Assembly (NCBI RefSeq): GCF_009914755.1
Contig: NC_060925.1
Direction: 5' to 3' (one strand)
Length of the DNA stretch: 64,000 bases
From: the human T2T-CHM13v2.0 reference genome, Homo sapiens
Shown: positions 1 through 20,300 of the stretch, one piece after another
Layout of the letters: every line of letters begins with the position of its first letter
How positions within the stretch are numbered: position 1 is the stretch's first letter
Notes under the pieces: generated by a model
Database searches by the model: none
The model's input: only the letters and a program-made list of their open reading frames with translations
Told to the model about the DNA's origin: nothing
Program-made: the position numbers and the translations under genes

Positions 1-149
1 ACTCAAACTCCACAGTCATATGGTGCTGACATTTCTTCATTTGAGTATAGAGATGGGAAACGTGCATATTTTTTTCTGTGAATAACATGTAACCTACGAA
101 AAAGGCAAGTTTTCTTTTCTGAAAGAAACTTACTCATTTTTGTTATTTT

Positions 150-3210
<3,061 letters not shown>

Positions 3211-3319
3211 CCAGAACTAGCCAAAGATCAGACAAAGCAATATGAATGAACTGAAAACCCAGGCCGGTGCCTGGTTGGTTTTGAGTAAGATTCATTGGTT
3301 GGGTGAGTGGGAAGCAAGC

Positions 3320-3342
3320 TGACCTTTGGAACAGTGACATCA
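3320..3342 (+). promoter_or_regulatory. Candidate TMCO2 proximal promoter elements (nuclear-receptor half-site and CRE-like site)
   Basis: TGACCTTTG 3320-3328 and TGACATCA 3335-3342, about 120-140 bp upstream of the ATG in CpG-poor sequence. Confidence 0.35.
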
Positions 3343-3435
3343 CAAAGCACAGCTCACAATGGCTCTGGAATACCTAGGCCTCCAGACTACTCCCCCTAAC
3401 TCATATTTAGATTCCTGAAGCTTCTGCACATGTAG

Positions 3436-3747
<312 letters not shown>

Positions 3748-4720
3748 TAGTTCTCTCCCATATTGCTGCCACCAGTTTTAAGATCATGCAGATGTGCAAA
3801 GGCGAACCTTTGTCTCTTAAGTTGGCAAAAACTAGGTTATCCTTGAAAATCTCCACCAATTAGGCTTTGGGCATAAAAATGCTTTTCTCACAATGGTCTT
3901 TGGCTTGTCTTCTGTAATAAAATAGACCAAACATGTTGGTAACCTGAAAAGACAGCCTTACCCTCAAAAATTTTTGATCACTTATTCATCTTTGAGTGCT
4001 ACTATGTTTATACAATAGGCACCAAAGTAGCTAGGATCATGAGTATGGCCTTTCTTACTATGCCATTGTTCTGTAACTGATAAGGAGGCATATGTATTAA
4101 GTCATCACAATGTGTTCATTATTGTGTTTTGACAAGATAAGGCTCCATAAGTATATAGGAGCTCTTTGGGGAGTAGGAATTTAACTGGCTGGGATTGTGA
4201 GAGACAGGATTTTACATACTTCTGTGTAGTCACCAATAATAATAGTTGACATACAATATAGTTGAATGCTTTGAGAATCTCAAAAATTCCATGAAATGGA
4301 TGGAGATTATTTTCACATGACAAGTGAAGAAACTGAGGTGCACTGAGGTTCAGTGGAAACTTAAGGTGACAGGCTTTTAAAACGGCTTTCTTAGAGTGAC
4401 AAGTTTACTTGATAAATGCAGAGAGAAGTTGTTATTGGATCATTTTTTAGCATTCACTTATTTTCATATGTCACTATTGTTTAGTAATCATGGTCACGGG
4501 GCCTTTCTATTTTAAACCATCACAATCCTGCATAACAGTCAGGGAGAGATTATTTGCTCCATTTTGTAGATGAGAGAACTTGATTGCTACCCACCCAAGT
4601 TCACATAGTTTGTAAGAGCTGGCAAAATTGGAGTTTGAATCGAATTTTTAGGATTTGAAATTCAGTTCTTCTCCAAAATCTCATTTAATGCAAACCAACT
4701 GACCTAAATCTTGAACAGGA

Positions 4721-4771
<51 letters not shown>

Positions 4772-4794
4772 CGCATGCGCATATATATGTGTAT
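4721..4794. repeat. (TG)n microsatellite extending into an alternating purine-pyrimidine tract
   Basis: about 23 TG units followed by ACGCGCATGCGCATATATATGTGTAT. Confidence 0.95.
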
Positions 4795-4858
4795 TGTGAG
4801 GATTAAAGAAGATATTGTATGTGTAAATCTTAGCACATATATTCAATAAGTGGTGCTA

Positions 4859-5066
<208 letters not shown>

Positions 5067-5158
5067 TTATAATAAGGAACAAGATGATTTTTTTTCTTAT
5101 CCTAGCAAGAATCTGTCCTACTATACATATTCTTTTGTTATTTATTTATTTATTTTGA

Positions 5159-5564
<406 letters not shown>

Positions 5565-6440
5565 TGATCCTCCTGCCTCAGCCTCCTGAGCAGTTGGAAC
5601 CATAGGCATGCACCACCAGGCTTGGCTAATTTTAAAAATTTTTTTGTAGAGACAGGGTCTCGCTACGTTCACTATGTTGCTCAGGCTGGTCTTTAACTCC
5701 TGGCCTCATGCAATCCTCCCATCTCAGCCTCTCAAAGTGCTGGATGCAGTGGTCCACACCTATAATTTATTTTATATAAATAAAATATATATATATATAC
5801 ATTAATTTTTTTAAGAGACAGGGTCTGGCTATCTTGCCCAGGCTGAAGTGCAGTAGCCATTCACAGGTGCCATCATAGCACACTACTCCTGGGCTCAGGT
5901 GATCCTCCCACCTTACCCTCCCTAGTAGCTGGGACTATATGTGTGTGCCATTGTACCCAGATCTCTCCTAGTATATTTTAAAAACCTTTTCCATGACCAA
6001 GAAATCCAGTTTTTCAGACTACTATGTCCTAAAGTGTACTTGGAAGTGTGAATTTCTGGATTCCTGTCCTGGCTCTGCCACTTCCAATATATAACCTTGG
6101 ACAATGACAGAGTTCAAACTAGAAGGTATATAGTTATCCAGTTGTGTTTTTTCTGCATAAATAGATCATGCAAAGGCAAAGTTACTTCCAGACATTCAGA
6201 AAATGGTTATCTATTATTACAATCTTGATTAAATGCAAATAATAATCCTGCCTGACCTGCCTACCTCTCCAGTTTGCAGTGAAAATCAAAAGATGAAATA
6301 GGCGTGAAAATATTTTGCTAAGGCCGGGCATGGTGGCTTACGCCTGTAATCCCAGCATTTTGGGAGGCCACGATGGGCGGATCACGAGGTCAGGAGATTG
6401 AGAACATCCTGGCTAACACGGTGAAACCTCGTCTCTATTA

Positions 6441-6644
<204 letters not shown>

Positions 6645-6750
6645 TTATTGGAATGAGGAATTATTGTTACTATTAGGTTTTTGTTTTGTTTTTCTCTTAT
6701 AGATAGTAAACTGTAGCAACTAACACTCAACTTCTGTTGTTCCATTTTAG

Positions 6751-7062
<312 letters not shown>

Positions 7063-7126
7063 AATGTGATGGACTCCAATCTTTTCCAGGAAAGCACTGT
7101 TTCCCTCATGTGTGCAGTGGTGTATC

Positions 7127-7132
7127 AATAAA
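7127..7132 (+). terminator. TMCO2: TMCO2 polyadenylation signal
   Basis: AATAAA 65 nt after the stop codon. Confidence 0.7.
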
Positions 7133-7775
7133 GATAGAGAACGCTATTGAAATTACCGTGCAAAGACTAGCTCTCTATTTAGTAGGGCTGAGCTTCTACT
7201 TGTATGGATGGTGGGGTATAGTGGGGTATAGTGGTAGTTAAAAATGTCTCTAGGATTGTGGTGTACACTCAGCAGGCTGGAGACCATAAGCTGCCATAGA
7301 TGGGAGAGGATAGCTGGGCTGGAATCTAAGGCTGTAGGAAGAGAAGGGAGGGTGGTCAGGTACATGGCCTTGAGGTCCATGCTGACGAGGTTAGACTAAA
7401 TATAATAAAAAGTAGGAAAGTGCTGTTTGAGGGCCCTGCAGTGGACTGTCCTTTAGAGGTAGGCTGACCCCTGTGCTGGTCTTTGGCCTAAAGGTATATA
7501 TGCAGTCCAGGGGTCTCCTGCATTAATTACTCAAAAGTGGGCAAGGGTGGGAGTAGATACAGACTGACATAAAGGAGACTAATTTTATCCAACTTTTACT
7601 GATACCTACTCTATGCTAAGCATTGTGATAATCCCTAGGCATCTTTCCTGAGTGCTTCAGGAGCATTCAGTTTGGCTGGATGGACAAGTAATTTCAGATC
7701 AGGGAATTATAATACAGTGGGGTCATAACTTTTTTTTTTTTTTTTTTTTTTTTGAGTCAGAGTCTCGCTTTGTAA

Positions 7776-7991
<216 letters not shown>

Positions 7992-8372
7992 TAACCAAGT
8001 GCGGGGATTACAGGCATGAGCCACTGCACCTGGCCATAACATCTTGAACTGAAGAGAATTCTCCTTGGCAGGGAGGGAAGAATGTAGAGATTCCACTCAA
8101 TGAGTATGTACCCTGAGAGAGAGAGATGGCCCGCCTGGGAGGTGGCAAAAAATGGTTCTCTCAGCAGGCCTCAGATTCCACCAACCTTATAGTGTGTGCA
8201 TTTTTGCCCCAATAAATGAGATCATGGTCATCTGAAACACTGTGTAACTATCTGGCACCTAAATGAAATATTTCATACCCACAGAGGAGGTCTACAGAAA
8301 AAAAACATTTCATCTGGTATGCAGATAAAGTGATTTGTTGCCTTCCTGGAGAAAAACTGGCTATGCTGCTCA

Positions 8373-8561
<189 letters not shown>

Positions 8562-8865
8562 TCAGGGGGCTGAAGCAGGAGGGTCACTTGAGCCTAGGAG
8601 ATTGCTGCAGCAAGCAGCCTGGATGGCAGAGTGAGACCCTGTCTGTCTTTAAAAAAAAAAATAGCAGTCTCCAAAGGGGCATCTTCCTAAGGGAAGGGTA
8701 ATCTTGACCATTTGTAATTTCTGCCTGATCCACTGGAGTTAAAATGCCACCCCTGGATGAGACTTCACTGTATCGTGTACTAAATGCAAAAACAGGTGGG
8801 TGAATACAGGGTGGGGCCAGGAAAGGCTTTGCAAAGGAAGTGACATCGAGGTGTCCCATAAATGA

Positions 8866-9449
<584 letters not shown>

Positions 9450-9745
9450 TAGCCAGGATGGTCTCGATCTCCTGACCTCATGATCCACCCGCCTCGGCCT
9501 CCCAAAGTGCTGGAATTACAGCCGTGAGCCACCGCGCCCGGCCAAAAAAGAAGAGTTTTGAAGAGTAGACTGATGTCAGGTAATGAAGGACCTCGAAGGT
9601 CATACCATATATACCATATATAGGTTGGGCTTTATACTATCATAAATGGACCATTACAGGGTTTTTGTTTTTGTTCTTTTTTAACAGGGAGTAACACAGA
9701 ATTAGTAGCCTATATGAGAGACAGAACGTATGAGCTAGAAAGTAG

Positions 9746-9994
<249 letters not shown>

Positions 9995-10539
9995 TGATCC
10001 ACCCACCTCGGCCTCCCAAAATGCTAGGATTACGGGCGTAAGCCACTGCGCCCAGCCAAGGGGGATCATTCTTTTCTTGAGGCCAGAGCACTTATGGCCA
10101 GAGTTTCAATTAAGGGACCTTGAATGCTTGGTAAGCAGAGAATCAAGGCAAGATAGGGAAAAAGCTTGAGAGCAACTCTATGATTTAGGTTAGACAGGGT
10201 AGATGGACTACCCTACAGCAATGTCTATCACTCTAGGGATAATAATCTTTATCTTTCAAATTCAGTCATTTTCCTTTATTTATTTTTATAGAGATGAAGT
10301 CTCACTGTGTTGCCTAGGCTGGTCTCGAACTCCTGCACTCAAGCAATTATCCCACCTTGGCCTCCCAAAGAACTGAGATTACAGGTGTGAGCCAGCACAC
10401 CCTGCCAGTCTTTCTCCTTTAGCAAAATCCTGCCAACAGCCTGTTTTGAGGTTCCCATTTTTAGACTCCACACAGGCCAGCCCTTCTATTAGTACTGTCT
10501 TTCTGAAAAGAGAAACAAGTGATTATTCACTTTCCATAA

Positions 10540-11270
10540 TTCACTAGTTCTCCACTGCCACCACATTAGTCTGCACTACCATCTCTCACCTGGATTCTTT
10601 TTTCTTTTTTTCTGATATCCTTGGCAACTGCTAAATCACCTGGATTCTTGAAATGGCCTCCTAACTGCACTCCCTCCTTCCATTCCCCATTAAATTTATT
10701 CTCCACGTTGTAATGAGAAGGATTGTCTGCTCAAAACTCTGCAATGCTCTGCTCAAAATCCTGCAATGGCTTATTCTTTCATTCTAAGTAAAAGTCTTTT
10801 AACTAAAAGACTGCATGATGGCATGGATCTGCACTCCCCCTCTTCCTTACTCTTTCCACAGCCTCTTGCCATTCCTCAGATATGATAAGCATTGGCCAAT
10901 CTCAGGGCCTTTGCACTTGCTCTTCACTCTGACTGGCAATTTCCTCAGATATCCACACAGCTTCTTCTCTTACTTTTTTTGGGGGACTCAAATGCCAGTT
11001 AATCTGAGAAGGCTTCCTTGACCAACTTATGTAAAGCAGCATCCCTCACACCAACATGCTGTATTGCCTTTTTGCTGCTTTTTCTTCATAGCACTTATCA
11101 CCACTTCCACTTTTACTATTAAATATTTGCTTATTATTTATCAAACACTGCATCCACCCCAGCTAAGAATGTAAGCTCCAGGAGAGGGGCTTTGGTTCAC
11201 TGCTATATCCCTGGCACCTGGAAATGCGTCTGGCATTTCGCAGACATTCAGTATTTATTGAATGAATGAA
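10540..11270 (+). mobile_element. L2 LINE 3' remnant
   Basis: ctcagggcctttgcacttgc, tgtaagctcc, tatttattgaatgaatgaa L2 3'-end motifs. Confidence 0.7.
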
Positions 11271-11699
11271 TTCCAGTCAGTCTTGGCTTTTTGACACCTC
11301 GGCCTCCTACTCTCCTATCTCTTCAGACACATGGTGACAGATCAATGCTATGATGCCCCTCTCCCAAGCAGTAGCTAACCTTTATTGGGCACTCAGGGCC
11401 ATCTACATTGCTAGGAGCTTTACATGAATTTTCTCATTTGATCCTAACAGTATGAGAAAGTAAGTACATACTATGTTATTCTCATTTTACTGATGAGGAT
11501 CTGATGCACAGATTAAAGAACGTGCTAATACATGGTGCGGCCGTGGCTGGCAATCAAGCAGCTTGACTCTAAACCTGTGCCCTTAGCCACAAAGCTTGGG
11601 TGGTAGAAGCTCCTGTGAGGCTTTGGACTCACAGACAGCTGAAGTCAAGAGTGAAGAGGGCATAGCAATGATGGCCTGAGGGAGAGAAAATTTTGAAAA

Positions 11700-12800
11700 A
11701 GTGTTTACCCCTCATATATTTAAGTTGGTATCTAACTGGTTCCATCATAAATTCAAATAGTTGCAATGGATGTAAATTCTTGCAAATTGTAAATACTGAC
11801 ATTTTAAGATAAAACTGTTAAATCACTCTTTATAATGTATCCAAGAGAATCTACATAACAACTGAATAACCACCATTATGCATTAAAACATACACTAATG
11901 AGCTCTTCAACATTGTTCTTTTATTATCTCTAACATATTTAGATTGTACTCTAACAAAAAATGTTATTCAAATATAGTACTTTGATGTTTGAACAACCTT
12001 TTCTTGATCACTTCTTCGCAATAAAAATATGACATATGTAGTAAACCTTAAAAAATTTCGTGTAACTTTATGGCTCTACGCTGGAATTCTTCTGAAGTGA
12101 GTAATCATCACAATCATCTTTAGTATATAATGGATCAAAATGACACGATTGCAAATATTGATAACACACAGTTATAAAAGGTGAAATTCTATTGGGAACA
12201 CATCTCTTAGTGAGATAGATGGGGCTGACCCACCAATTAATTCATTTATCTGGATGAATAGTTCCTACTGGTAGATTAACAGGGTTCATTTTCAATTCTG
12301 TTGTTTTCACAGATACAAGTGCTGAGAAATGGTTTTACATAAATAGGTGAGAATGCTAGTAGTTTTGTTGTAAGCATGTCAATCAATCGTTTGGTTTCTT
12401 TCCGAGTTGCATGCCAAAAACCAAATAGTGTTCCTTCATCAGCTGACAATTCATGGGCCACCATTAATTTTGTTGAAAGCAAAGAACTGGAAACCATCTG
12501 ACTTGAAAAGAATTTGTTATCCTGTTATTAGAGTCATTCACTTTCTCTAGTGACTTTTAATTATACTAATTACTCTCAGAGGCATTTAGGCAGGGTTGAA
12601 AAATTCAAGATATTAATTTCAACACATCTTTAGCATCACAATATCACAGTAATTTAAATATATTTTAGTTGTAGCTATTTAGCTCACTTTATTGTAAATA
12701 ATAATTATGCTAATTAGCAACGATAGTATGTTTAACCAATTAATCATCAGATTAACTTTCGGTCAGAATAATGGACTTCAATTTTTAAGTCAAAGCAATG
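11700..12800 (-). mobile_element. hAT-Charlie-type DNA transposon fossil
   Basis: Minus-strand frameshifted translation FWHATRKE..RL...TKLLAF/TYLCK/FSALVSVKT/NRIE.EP resembles the hAT C-terminal dimerisation domain; boundaries approximate. Confidence 0.6.
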
Positions 12801-13149
12801 TACAGGCGTCCCAGTCACCATATTTCACTTCTGAATTCCAAGAGAGAAATGGCGTTGCGCCTTACTGACGCAAATATGTACCTAGATAAAGTAAGACGCT
12901 TTCATTTCAGGTATGTCTAACCCACGCTATCCTTGCTTTGTTCCAGGGCACTCTCGCAGGGAAAACGCCGCCTCTGACTACACTTGGGGTGGTTAAGACG
13001 AGATCTTCAAATGAAAATTCTCAACGCTACCGTCCACTCTCTCATACGCTTGAATTCCGAACACCCCAATACTGGCCAAAAGACTCCATTTCTCATGCTT
13101 GGTCTTGCTTTTGAGGTAGCTCTAACTCAGAGGCACGATTTTTAGAGCC

Positions 13150-14060
<911 letters not shown>

Positions 14061-14231
14061 TTTTCTGTAACGTTATCATGGGACCCAATCCCTTTAGGGC
14101 CTGGAGGAAGGCTTGGGCTCTTGTGCCCTCCCTGCAGCTTCCTTGGGATCCTTGGGCCCAGACTTGGCCTCCTTTATCTTTGGAATAAGCCTTTAAAAGG
14201 ATTTAGACACCCAACTTCCTCATGACATTTA

Positions 14232-14656
<425 letters not shown>

Positions 14657-15590
14657 TTAAATGAAATATATTTCTCGTTTTTCATAAAATCAACATTATT
14701 TTAGTTTAAATATTAAAATGGTAAAATAAAAAGTGAAAGTTAACAATTTACCTGAGATAACCATGGTTTAGAGATCTGAACTTTTATTTATTTATTTTTA
14801 ATCTTTATTTATTTATTTAATTTTAGAGTCTAGCTCTGTCACCAGGCTGGAGTACAGTGGCGTTATCTCGGCTCACTGCAAGAAACTAGGAGGGACGAGG
14901 GAGAGTCTGCAAGGGGAAGAGTGTGTCTGTGACACTGCCAGCAGCGCGCAGAGGGAGGGATGTTCAAATGATTCTCCTGCCTCAGCATCCCGAGTAGCTA
15001 GGATTACAGGCACGTGCCACCACGCCCAGCTAATTTTAGTATTTTTAGTAGAGACGGGGTTTCACCATCTTGGCCAGGATAGAATATTTATTGTATTTAG
15101 AGACAGGGGCTCACTCTGCCACCCAGACTGGAGCACAGTAGCATCATCATAGCTCAAGGCAGCCTCGAACTCGTGGGCTCAAACGACCCCTCCACCTCCA
15201 CCTCAGCCTTCTGAGTTGCTAGGACCACAGGTGCGGATCACTGTGCCTGGCTAATTGTTTGATTTTTTTGTAGAGATGTTGCCCGGGGTGGTCTGGAGTT
15301 CCTGGACTCAAGTCATCTTGCCGCCTCCACCTCCCAAAGGGCTGGGATTACAGGCATGAGCCACCGTGCTCGATCTCCCCTCAGCTTTTATTGGCACACA
15401 ACAATATATAGGGAAAGCATGTTGTAGTGGCCCATTATTTTGTTTGGTATCCATTCTCTGTATTACATTTCCTGGACTGAAATTACCCTTACCTTTTATA
15501 ATTTAGTATAATGAGATAGTTGATCTTTCTCCTTTTTTTTTTTTTTTTTTTTTTTTTAAGGAGATAGATTCTCTGTCACCCAGGGTGTAG

Positions 15591-15863
<273 letters not shown>

Positions 15864-16292
15864 TGATATGTTTCCATCTGGTGATCCTCAAGTTTCTGGC
15901 ATTTAGGACCAAATTTAATGAGCAGCCTCAGTATCTGTTCATACTCACAGTTAGCATGTGTGCTTCTCCTTTGCATGAATTTGTTTTCCGTATTATAGGA
16001 GGTATGTAATACCCAGAATGAGTAGTACATGTAACAAAGTTGTGATGTTAACAGCTTTGGTTTACATATACAAACTGAAGTGTGATGACAACCCTGATTA
16101 TAGTTTTACCAGTCAGGTCACCTCAGGTTCTCTTGTTCTGCTTTTATTTTCCTGCATCAGTCGTTTCATGTACTTGATCAAGTGCAATATTTGTGTAGGT
16201 ATAAAGCAAATTCAACAGATATAAGTGGCAAGCTATAAACCATTCGATGTTTGATCATAAATGACTATTGTAATAAACAACTATTTCACTAA

Positions 16293-16523
<231 letters not shown>

Positions 16524-17158
16524 TAACACAAAAGAGGGTACCACACTTACAAGTCCCAGAATGCTTTCTTAACCTTTGTTATTGATAGTAACGGCTGTGG
16601 AGCAAAAAAGACAGAAACATAACTGCTTAGTCAGTTGAAAACTATAGAATATGGGAACTATTACCCTGAAGCCAGGTAGGAAAAAGATCCTCTTCCATTA
16701 GGATCCAGCTGAGATGTCATGTCTTCTAAGCAACCATTTGAAACTCCCTGCCTGACGAATGTGGATAGGGTAGCATTCTATCATTATTCCTGTCAGAGTA
16801 CTTATCTCATTATGTTGAATTTGCCTGGATTTTTTTTTTTTTCTTCTGGCACAGTCTTGCTCTGTCACCCAGGCTGAAGTACAGTGGCGTGATCTTGGCT
16901 CACTGCAACCTCTGCTTCCTAGGCGCAAATGATCCTCCCACCTCAGCCTCCCGAGTAGTTGGGACTACAGTTGCATGCCACCATACCGTCTCAGAGTGCT
17001 GGGATTATAGGCATGAGCCACACTGTACCTGGCCTGATTTGACTGTTTAATTGGCAGACTGGTAGTTCCTTAAAGAAATAGTTAGGTCTTGTTCATCATT
17101 TTATACCTAGTGCCTGGCATGTAATCAGCATATAGTTCCTATTTATTGAATGAAATAA

Positions 17159-17367
<209 letters not shown>

Positions 17368-20300
17368 TAGTAGAGACGGGGTTTCACCATGTTAGCCAGG
17401 ATGGTCTCGATCTCTTGACCTCGTGATCTGCCTGCCTTGGCCTCCCAAAGTACTGGGATTACAGTCATGAGCCACTGTGCCCTGCCACTTTTATTTTTAT
17501 CATCCTGATCATCATCATCATCATTTCTCTAGAACTTTTAGATCTACTAGTACCACTAAGAGAAAGATTCCTAAATTTAAAAGAATTATGATCAGCTACC
17601 ATCATTGTTTCATGAGTTAAAGAAACTGGCTTTATGTAGCTGTGGTAAATGACAGAATTGTCTAGCTCATCACAAAATTTTTCTTAACAAGTATGGAATA
17701 ATAAGACTAGTGTGGTTAGATCCAAATTATTAGAAACTGCACTTATTTCTTCAAGGTGATGGAAAATGGCAATGCTTCTAGAAGAGTTAAATTTTGGTAT
17801 TTAGAAAAATTAATAAATGATTTGGAAAACAAAGTCTCATTGGCTTTGGGGATACACAGCTATTGCTATTAAGTAATCTTTTCAATAAAGACTTGGCTTT
17901 AGTTAATTTATCTGAGCATTGCTTCTGTTAGGGACATGTCACAAGTAGGAAATCATCCTTCAGAGACAGATGGAAGTAGAAGTGGTTAATTTAGACACTA
18001 TTCTTTTTTTTTTTTTTTTAAATAGATGAAAGAGAGTTTACTTATGTATTTATATAATGGCCTTGGTCCAAAAAAGACTAAAGGGAGCTCAAAAAAGAAT
18101 TATAGTAACTTTAAAAAATACATTAAACATATCCAAGATCTTAAATGTATCATTCTCCCCAAAAGCTAGTTGCTTCCAAACTTGACTTAATATTTTGCAT
18201 GTTTTCCCTCCATTGCTTGGTAAGTGTATTTGCCTCTTCTTTCTGCAGTTGATGTCTGACGGCTGAGTTTTGCTGTTTTGTCAACTGACATTTCCCCTTC
18301 TGTTTCACCAGTTCCAGAGAATTGTTGAACAACTTACAACACTACCTGAAGAAGTAATACTCAAGAGTTCTTGTTCTATACTGATTAATAGCTCCCATAT
18401 TTTCTTCATCTCTGAAAAGTCTGAATTCTCTGTTTAATAATGACAAGGCAATTAGATGAGGTAGACACTATTCTCTTTCTGATGTTTGCTTCTTGGAAGT
18501 CCTTTGACTTTACCCACTACAGGGCCATAGTAAAATAATAGGAAAAGCATTTTCAATCTCCTTGGTTGTCCCTGGTAAATAGTGCCAGGAAAGATAGACA
18601 GTAGCTTGGTAATTATGGTTGGTGACCATAGGAATGGCTGTTTGTTCTAGGGGATGACAGAAATAGGGAGAATACATATATAAAGTGAGAGCTTTGTAAT
18701 GTACTGTGGCTCAAACTAGAAGCAGTACTGATGGGCTAAGGTTGGGAACAGTAATAGTTAATAGTCGTCATGATTTTCACTTCATACATAGTTTTTATAT
18801 GTATTGTTTGATGTTTACAACAGTGAAGTGGAAAGGATAGGCATTATTATTCCCTTCTTATGAATGAGGAAGCAAAGGCTTGGATAAATTAAAGGGTTTG
18901 CATGTTTAATTGCCAAGGGACATGCTAATAAGTAGGATAACTGGGTTTCAAACTCTGTTCTGCTGAGTCTTTAAAATGACATTGAAAAATCCATTCTTGA
19001 AACTCTAAAGACTGCAACATGAATGTGCTAAATTTATCTCTGGGGATTTTCTGGCTGCATTTATGCTTGGCAGGAAGAATATTTTGGGTAACTTTGAAAC
19101 CTTGTTTTGTTTGGAAACAAGTTCATTAATTTCTATTTTGTGTTGATTAGAATTAATAGGTTTGTATGTTTTGGTCACAGAGATCAAGTGAGAAGATTAG
19201 CTTCGACTTTTTTTTTTTTTTTTTTTGCCGTAGTACTTTCTACCTGAGGGAACCTAAATAGAGTCATTGTGTGGCCATTTATGGTTGCCACTGTTCACAT
19301 AAATATGACACTGCACCCAGACAGAAAATTCCAGCCTCTCTGAGACACTTTCTCTAATATCTCACAGATATCAATAAAGGGCCCACTGAAGAAATGGAAT
19401 GGCTGGGGAGCAGAGTAGGTCAGGGTCGAAAAGTTTAAATTGTTGCTTCTCTAATTTTTGCATGTTTCTATGTGAGCAGTTTCACCTTCTTGAGCCTAAG
19501 TTTTCTCATCTTTAAAATGAGAAGTGGGCTGGGTACGGTGGCTCACGCCTGTATTCCCAGCACTTTGAGAGGCCGAGGTGGGGGCGGATTACCTGAGGTC
19601 AGAAGTTTGAGACCAGCCTGACCAACATGGCGAAACCCTGTCTCTACTAAAAATACAAAAATTAGCCTGGCGTGTTGGCACATGCCTGTAGTCGCAGCTA
19701 CTCAGGAGGCTGAGACACAAGAATTGCTTGAACCCGGGAGGTGGAGGCTGCAGTGAGCTGAGATTGCAACACTGCACTCCAGCCTGGGTGACAGAGTGAG
19801 ACTCCATCTCAAAAATAAATAAAAATAAAATAAGAAGTGTGTGGATGTTAAGCCATACCTTGTATGGTTTGTGGCAAGGACTAAGTGAGTGAGATAGCGT
19901 AAATGAAGCTCAATGCGTAGGAATTACTTAGTCATTGGGTTTCTTTGGACAAGTTACTTCAACCTCTCAGTTAAAGTAACCTTTCAGTTAAAGAGTTTCA
20001 GTTGCCTCATCTATTAAATAGAGATGATTATACCCTTTTCCCTGCCTGTTTTTCAAGACTGTAGTAGTGAAGCCAGGCATGATGACTCAATCCTGTAATC
20101 ATAGCACTTCGAGAGGCTCAGGTGGGAGGATCACTTGAGCCCAGGAGTTTGAGACCAGCCTGGGAAACATAGTGATACCCCATCTTTGCAAAAAAATTTT
20201 TAAAAAATCAACTGAGTGTGGTGATGTGCACCTGCAGTTCTAGCTACTTGGAGGCTGAGGTGGGAGGGTTGCTGGAGCCCAGGAGATGGAGGCTGCAGTG

